Below are positions 59,401 through 64,000 of a DNA stretch of 64,000 nucleotides, piece by piece. The DNA comes from Marsupella aquatica (Eukaryota > Plantae > Marchantiophyta): positions 12,339,834 to 12,403,833 of the forward strand of contig OZ316899.1 in the NCBI GenBank assembly GCA_973895155.1, written 5' to 3'. The first letter of the stretch is position 1. The number at the start of each line of letters is the position of its first letter. The notes beneath the pieces were generated by a model. The model ran no database searches, was not told where the DNA came from, and saw only the letters and a program-made list of their open reading frames with translations. The position numbers and the translations under genes are program-made.

Positions 59401-61096
59401 ATGAACCAGATGGAGTCTGTCATCATTGTAGAGCTCGACAAGGAGCTAAGAGCAACCCGGGAGGAGAGGGCTACCACCAAGAGGGAATTGGAGGAAGCCA
59501 AAAACGAGCTAGAAGAGGCGCGCAAGGACCTGGATGAGACCCAGGAGGAGTTGGAGGAAATCACGAGGAAGATGGAGAACTTCCAGCGGCGGGCCGACAA
59601 CCAAACAGAGCGGCTGAAGAAACAAGCCGCAGTATTTAAGTGCTTGTCTTCATCAGGCCCAACTCCAATTGGGGCAACCAAGTTACCAGGAGAGGTACTG
59701 GCCGAAGAACAAGCCGCGCCACCTGCACCAGTGCCAGAAGTAGGTGGGAAGGGGAAGGGACCAGCTGCCGAACCAGAAAAGAAGAAGAAGCGGAAACCTT
59801 CAGGGTCAAGGAGTAATACGACTCCATAGGCCGTGGTGACCAAGGAGGTAGACCCAGCACCAACCTCCGGCATGAACACGGCAATAGATCCCGCTATCAC
59901 CAAAGGTGGGGATGGTGCGGCCCAAGCCGAACTACTCAGTAATGAGGCCGGTATCCCAGATCCGCCTCTTGAGCAGGCCGGGGAGACCGTAGCCGAGGCT
60001 GAGGCCGTAGCCGAGAATGATTCCCGAGCCGATGCCGATGCCGATGGTGGACCCAGTCAGGCCAATGGAGAGTTGACTCAGTCAAGGGCAGGTAATCTGT
60101 CAGAAAACGAACCTACGGCAGTGGCTGAGGAGGAAGCGTTGGGGGCGTCCATTGAGGATCCACCACCGGTGTCGTGACGGTGCAAGGGCGCCGTTCCTTT
60201 TAGGAAGGGCGGACATGGAGGGAGGAGGCGTGAGTGGGCAGGGCGGGCGCTGATCTCCAAGTTTAGGATTAGGATCAGGACCAGGAGCGGCCCTGACACT
60301 TAGCTTAGTGGGATTGCGGTTCCACTGGTAGGAGCAACACTTGTGCTCCTGCCTTGCTGTACATAGGTAGATCCGGGCAAGTAGATTACTGTTAGGTAGA
60401 TTAGGCTTACGCTGCAAAGAATTAGGCGGATCCACTACCAGGATAAGTACCTGGGCAGCGGGGAGCTCAGGGCCTCTTCTTTAGCAAGTTTTTAGTTTGC
60501 ACTAGCCGGGCTGGGATCAAGTAGTAAGAGAAGCTCTCGGTTAGTCATATAGTGACCCTTGTGTATATTCATGTTTCCTCATGCCTAAGAGCTGAATAGA
60601 GTTGGCCTCACGGCTTAGTTCGTAGAGCTTGTGTATGAGATGTACTATTTGTATGGCCAGTGCATGGTTTGACTCAGTCAGAAGGAGTCATTTTGCTATT
60701 TGTGTGTCGCATTAACTTGTGTGAAGAGTGCCCACATCAACTAATAGAGGAAGGAAAGTAAGCAGGGGAGTGAGAGTTGGATGTGTCGAGCTGAGAGAGG
60801 TCTTAGCGGCTTAACCAAGCCTATTGGGGATCATTCCGGCGGCGGAATCCAAACATACCTAACAAGACGGAGGGGAAGACAAGGGAAGGCCTAGATTAGG
60901 CCGGCTACGTATCTCATGACCCGATGAAGGATCTGTCCAGTATATGTGTGTAAAATGTTAATAGTAGTAGTAGAAGAAGGTTAGCAGCGTCCCATGCCGC
61001 TAAGCCGTGAAAACGGCCTCGCCAAGCGCGAAACCTGCGGGAATCGGCTTGAGCTGGGGGGTTTCTTGGGTTTAGGGAGCCATGGGACGCACCACA
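56421..61096 (+). mobile_element. Solo LTR, family A, 4676 bp, with a near-intact gene
   Basis: TGTGATGCC...GCACCACA; TSD ACAAG at 56416-56420 and 61097-61101; no PBS or PPT adjacent. Confidence 0.96.
56536..59829 (+). CDS. LTR-encoded accessory protein, 1097 aa (1213 aa to 60177 if the TAG at 59827 is a mutation): basic N-terminus, PMD/Transposase_32-like domain, coiled coil, acidic tail
   Basis: Uninterrupted 3.3-kb ORF. Other copies have Gln at the stop position (ASQAVVT) and continue to the equivalent of 60177. Motif LLEFVGSWEPETN..GKDFYLTP.VI.EVFGLP; E/K/L heptads at ~58870-59640. Confidence 0.88.
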   Translation: MEPGPRPEVRTLGVKTRLGLGRAKRRRLGRINGRKDRKRRGVRSACKRWWLICEHKLGRRLREANYCQLLRQALGERVDTDDRPKEGMSNVNQAAHFWGCLFKRATEYIKTYEDEESERAARERQELARLWELQKTAFLGGELIKDEFLWTPTSNQLDDLLFCEDRIIGIREAIKNCNDIHWELKGSTERWTQATVLGETSTAAEMKRKGAINDEATPAKRTRSAAPKKPAEQQSRRQGEAEEEEVDPINAIPTRDDTWKGWAATLPVEVQLHFAREEDACFTAMQTKKYQGFMAGSGLEAFVRLPWLKPEVPDSDLLEFVGSWEPETNCTRIYGKDFYLTPKVIVEVFGLPIGNKTKVDTRKTLPDKEFRSFPGPSTKNGFFRNTCTNPHIGEMIDFLRVTMHCNLPRAEIGKAQVYLAERPDPSRDYNGYLLNQLKKILKEEQQVIGMGSVSRLGYHMPLLCRYARGQTFAPVLPLQVRAPKEAPAPRPVAEKPQPPVSPTIEQVFRPRKEDLPMQQPGMQNLLKLLEKEKRSASATTTATATMQDTTPEVGLHRLTRENPFTGDKERIRPESKPGVRMYVGVSSSKSEAELPEAPTDEEEREKPEVQEVEEAVEDCSHDNSGYGSDHHVPGVRTCGRFIPTLPRVVRGDPNQQSSPESPPPDVAPPSFDGIKQTAQEFQERIRQAEEAVLAREKDLPGGDWPEDIKWLAEKGSKPLATIEEIRKTAWEQRPRWMMPMTSTSSTYAKDRAMEYGEMCGELALSIFGEELEQGPFFQREMLEKRQLEEAVALERSKKDEVIRRLREREAEIKDLRVAKKSQDELRIKRHELNIMQGQLDTAQSDNRMIKNLLTRTQGELADTIKEREKWKRELRNAEEAHITANNRAMAETQRKEWALKEELEKIRGALEQKEAELGKSYQGIMALQQELASLTASFKADLREKDEMLDQTYAKMNQMESVIIVELDKELRATREERATTKRELEEAKNELEEARKDLDETQEELEEITRKMENFQRRADNQTERLKKQAAVFKCLSSSGPTPIGATKLPGEVLAEEQAAPPAPVPEVGGKGKGPAAEPEKKKKRKPSGSRSNTTP

Positions 61097-61101
61097 ACAA
61101 G

Positions 61102-61649
61102 CGCAACTTGCACAGCACTTGCACCACCCACAGCTCAATCGGAGCAAGCTCAATCACTAGCACAACACACAACACTCAATCGCACCGCTTGCACAGCACT
61201 TGCACCGCCACAGTTCACCGCACTCAATTGCACCGCTTCCACCACTTGCACTCACAATCGCACCGCTTCCAGCACTCACACCACCACAACTCAGTCGCAA
61301 CAAGCTCAATCACTGGCAGTGGCACAACACAACACTCAATCGCACCGCCTTAGCTCACCGCACTCAATCGCACCGCTTCCACCACTTGCACTCATAATCG
61401 CACCGCTCCCAGCACTTGCACCACCACAACTCAGTCGCAGCAAGCTCAATCACTGGCAGTGGCACAACACAACACTCAATTGCACCGCCACAGCTCACCG
61501 CACTCAATCGCACCGCTTCCACCACTCGCACTCACAATCGCACCGCTTCCAACACTTGCACCACCACAACTCAGTCGTAGCAAGCTCAATCACTGGCAGT
61601 GGCACAACACAACACTCAATCGCACCGCCACAGCTCACCGCACTCAATT
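61102..61649. repeat. 140-bp C/A-rich tandem repeat, about 3-4 units
   Basis: CAGCTCACCG-like marker at 61211, 61351, 61491 and 61631. Confidence 0.9.
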
Positions 61650-61858
61650 TGTGGTGTGTCCCATGGCTCCCTAAACCCAAGAAACCCCCAACTCAAGCCG
61701 ATTCCCGCAGGTTTCGCGCTTGGCGAGGCCGTTTCTGCGGCTTAGCGGCATGGGACGCTGCTAACCTTCTTCTACTACTACTATTAACATTTTACACACA
61801 TATACTGGACAGATCCTTCATCGGGTCATGAGATACGTAGCCGGCCTAGCGGCATGGG

Positions 61859-62292
61859 TTGATGAGTTCACCTCCTAAGAAAGCCGTCTTCTGCAGCTCC
61901 CACAATCGAGCGAGCTCCTGCCGTTCTCAAGCTGCCATTTCTGATTCCTCGTCCTCGTAAGTCTTGATGTACTCAGTTGCCCGTTCGAACAGGCATCCCC
62001 AGAAATGTGCCGCTTGATTGACGTTGCTCATACCCTCCTTAGGTCGATTGTCGGTATCTACTCTCTCCCCGAGTGCTTGCCTAAGCAGCTGACAGTAGTT
62101 GGCCTCCCGTAGTTGTCTGCCTAGTTCGTGCTCGCAAATGAGCCACCATCTCCTGCAAGCGCTCCTTACCCCTCTCCTCTGCCGGTCCTTCTTCCCATTG
62201 ATCCTTCCTAGCCGCCGACGCTTAACGCGCCCTAACCCTAATCGAGTTTTCACCCTCAGCGTCCTTACCTCCGGTCTCGGCCCGGGTTCCAT
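61859..62292 (-). pseudogene. 5' remnant of the family-A LTR ORF
   Basis: ORF 61927-62292 is nearly identical to the start of the 56536 protein. Confidence 0.9.
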
Positions 62293-62395
62293 GGTTGCCC
62301 CTAATTGTTTATATTTTCCTTGTTTTGTCCCTATACTAAGGTGTTCCTAGGGTGCCTTCCTGCTTTACCCACTTAACTGGCCGAGTGATTCCTGT

Positions 62396-64000
62396 CTAGG
62401 CATCACATAGCTCCCCACTTAATTGTGAAGCGTCCTCGCGAACAACTTCATCTTCGTCCATATAGTATTTCTTGAGGCGGTCATAATGGATGCGAACTGG
62501 ATATACCTCTCCCGTAATGTTGGCCAATTGTACGGAGCCATTGGGGAACATCATGGTTACTCTAAAGGGTCCTAACCAGCGAGTGCAAAGCTTTCCTGGA
62601 AACCTACTATACCTACTGTCATAAAGTAGCACAAGATCACCGGTGTGAATACTAACTACTTTCAACTTTTTATCATACTGCTGCTTCATGATATTCTGTC
62701 TATATTCTACTCTCTCGGCTGAAATCATTCTCGCCTCCTCTAAAGCTTCTAACCTATATTCTTGCTCCTTTAGGCTCTCCTCCGCTGAGGCTCTTTCCTC
62801 AATTGTAACTTGAAATGTCGGTATCTCAAGTTGCATGGGTACCAGGGCTTCTTGTCCAAAGGTTAAGAAGAAGGGTGTATGACCGGTAGTGGATTTATAG
62901 GCAAGATTGTAAGCAAAAACAGCAGCAAACAATTTATCATCCCAATCGAGTTTGTTCTGAGCTACTGTCTTGTTCAATATCTTTCCTATAATTCCGTTTG
63001 CTCGTTCTGTCAACCCATTTGCCTTTGGATGGTAGGGAGTAGTAGGCCTATGTTTAACTAAATACTGCTAATTTAAACGACTAATTATTTCATTCAAAAA
63101 ATGGGTTCCTCTATCACTAACTAATTCTAGGGGTGCTCCATACCTGGTGAAGATCTGCTCATACATGAATCTAGCCGTAGTAATTGCATCATCCTTTGTT
63201 GTTGGTCTGGCCTCTACCCATTTAGTTGCATAATCCGTAGCCAGGATTATGTACTTGTTCCGTCGAGGGTGGGTCAGTGGTTTCAGAGGTCCAATGTAAT
63301 CAATACCCCACTTCTCGAATGGTGCCAGAGGTAGAATAGGGTGCAGTGGATGTCTGGTGGACGCCCTTGGTCCTCCCGCTCGTTGACAAGGATCGCATTG
63401 TTTGATAAACTGATAGACATCCTTGTGCAAGGTGGGCCACCAGTAACCGGCATTTAATATCTTCTTAGACGTGGTTACTGGGGCAAAATGTCCTCCGGCC
63501 TCCTCTCCATGCATGGCCCGTAGGACTCGTTTTACCTCTCCCGTTTCCAAACACCTTTGAATCGTGCCGTTGATTCCATGCTTGTGCAGTATGCCTTTAA
63601 TGCACTGATACTGTCTGACCTTCCGCACAAAGACTGCGGCTTGCTCTCGGCTTAATCCTGGCTGTAATCTGGAAGTGCTGAGAAATTGTAAAATCTCAGG
63701 GTACCATGTATCAGCTATTTCCACAACGAATAGCTCCTCGTCGGGGAATCGATCATCGATGCAATCCGTGGCAGGTTCACCTGTGATCCTTGAAAAGAAG
63801 TCGGCATTGGCGTGTAACTTTCCCGGCTTGATCCTCAGCTCATAGTCAAACTCCTGTAATAGCAAAATCCATCTTGCTACTCTGCCTGTAAGGTCCGGCT
63901 TATTGACTAGGTACTTCAAACTTTCATGATCGGTATGAAAGATTACCTTGTACCCTAGTAAATAATGCCTAAACTTTTTACAAGAATAAATGACTCCTAA
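62396..64000 (-). pseudogene. pol: Gypsy pol, RNase H end + integrase, one in-frame stop at 63068
   Basis: ORFs 63068-63919 and 62396-63013; GPF motif RWLGPFRV; the frame ends SGELCDA* inside the LTR. Confidence 0.93.

Larger units (their letters stand above)
61650..64000 (-). mobile_element. Further family-A gypsy element: 3' LTR (61650-62407, ~3.9 kb deleted) and pol running off the window
   Basis: Both LTR termini are present, with the PPT at 62410-62420 and RNase H/integrase ORFs. Confidence 0.93.

Noticed and set aside
56536-59829. env gene, or captured host myosin/SMC gene
   Set aside because: No signal peptide or transmembrane segment, no ATPase or motor motifs, and no introns; the coiled-coil resemblance is generic.
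60920-61040. Hammerhead ribozyme (retrozyme-like) suggested by CCGATGA and CGAAAC
   Set aside because: The core is not CUGANGA and the two parts are not joined by a stem II.

Overview
Eukaryotic, almost certainly land-plant DNA (probably a non-seed plant, inferred from the TE types) made entirely of nested transposable elements; I see no ordinary host gene, RNA gene or CRISPR array. (1) A non-chromovirus Ty3/gypsy family (family A) has ~4.7-kb LTRs that each contain a ~1,210-codon ORF (basic N-terminus, PMD/Transposase_32-like domain, long coiled coil). It occurs as one full-length element (35784-50434, TSD CTCAC), two TSD-flanked solo LTRs (11058-15134, 56421-61096), truncated LTRs and a further element running off the right edge. 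(2) A 3.9-kb solo LTR with no evident DNA similarity (family B, 3082-7026, TSD AAATG) carries a decayed homologue of the same gene. (3) A left-truncated CACTA element (17245-34658) has a transposase, an EDM2-type PHD cassette and a ~575-bp subterminal array. (4) A young, intact Bianca-type Ty1/copia element (25000-30432) sits in that array. (5) An older, fragmented unit holds a spliced ParB/Srx-like plus beta-class amino-methyltransferase-like pseudogene, an Ulp1-type protease split by the gypsy insertion and a Sola-like transposase fragment; a 23-bp palindrome recurs in its non-coding gaps. The best candidates for undescribed biology are the gene-carrying giant LTRs and the ParB/MTase-fold/Ulp1 unit with its palindrome arrays. 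All domain calls are by eye from motifs; no database search was run.
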